This document shows positions 63,979 to 64,000 of a stretch of DNA of 64,000 nt, piece by piece. How positions within the stretch are numbered: position 1 is the stretch's first letter; each line of letters opens with the position of its first letter. The notes under the pieces were generated by a model, which did no database searches, was not told where the DNA came from, and saw nothing but the letters and a program-made list of their open reading frames with translations. The translations under genes were made by a program, and so were the position numbers. Origin of the DNA: Deltaproteobacteria bacterium (GTDB lineage Bacteria > Desulfobacterota > Dissulfuribacteria > Dissulfuribacterales > QOAL01); the NCBI GenBank assembly GCA_015493475.1, contig WGDC01000052.1:11375-75374 (forward strand), in the 5' to 3' direction.

Positions 63979-64000
63979 TTCCCGCTCCGCCGGAACATGA
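63975..64000 (-). CDS. 3' end of an unidentified minus-strand gene (...MFRRSGK*)
   Basis: Open frame running into the window edge and ending at TGA 63977-63975. Too short to identify. Confidence 0.3.

Overview
Gene-dense chromosomal window: about 60 protein genes and 2 tRNAs. I recognised no rRNA, CRISPR array, transposase, integrase, phage or known defence genes. The gene order (ispE-tRNA-Gln-prs-ctc-pth; tRNA-Gly-rimP-nusA-ylxR-infB-DUF503-rbfA-DHH-truB-rpsO-pnp-M16 peptidase-dut), the sigma54-type regulators and a BCR/HAD-type enzyme suggest an anaerobic deltaproteobacterium-like (Desulfobacterota-type) host; the window alone cannot prove this. Layout: 0-9.2 kb holds the ppsA 3' end, a P-type (H+-ATPase-like) pump, Kup, and a ~1,400-aa fused BCR/HAD activase/dehydratase-like protein. 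9.2-32.5 kb is housekeeping. 32.6-43.6 kb is a flagellar core operon (TPR protein, FleQ-like activator, flgBC, fliEFGHIJ, MgtE_N protein) behind a near-consensus sigma54 promoter. 43.8-47.7 kb holds a GH57 branching-enzyme homologue with a ~500-aa N-terminal extension and an RluA-family synthase. 47.7-60.9 kb is the most unusual part. It contains two diverged paralogues of an ATP-grasp + swivel-His 'dikinase' that share a C-terminal domain unlike PpsA. Each paralogue is co-encoded with an intact receiver domain, and the pair brackets a histidine kinase and an NtrC-type sigma54 activator. One paralogue follows a DUF202-receiver membrane protein carrying 12 tandem xRTxLAx heptads, behind a structured promoter/terminator leader. 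The other lies in a sigma54-promoter operon with a TauE/SafE exporter and a TIGR02186-like protein. 61-64 kb holds a tandem USP and an ArsB/NhaD-type permease preceded by a 21-codon hydrophobic mini-ORF. All function calls come from motif recognition by eye; no database search was run.
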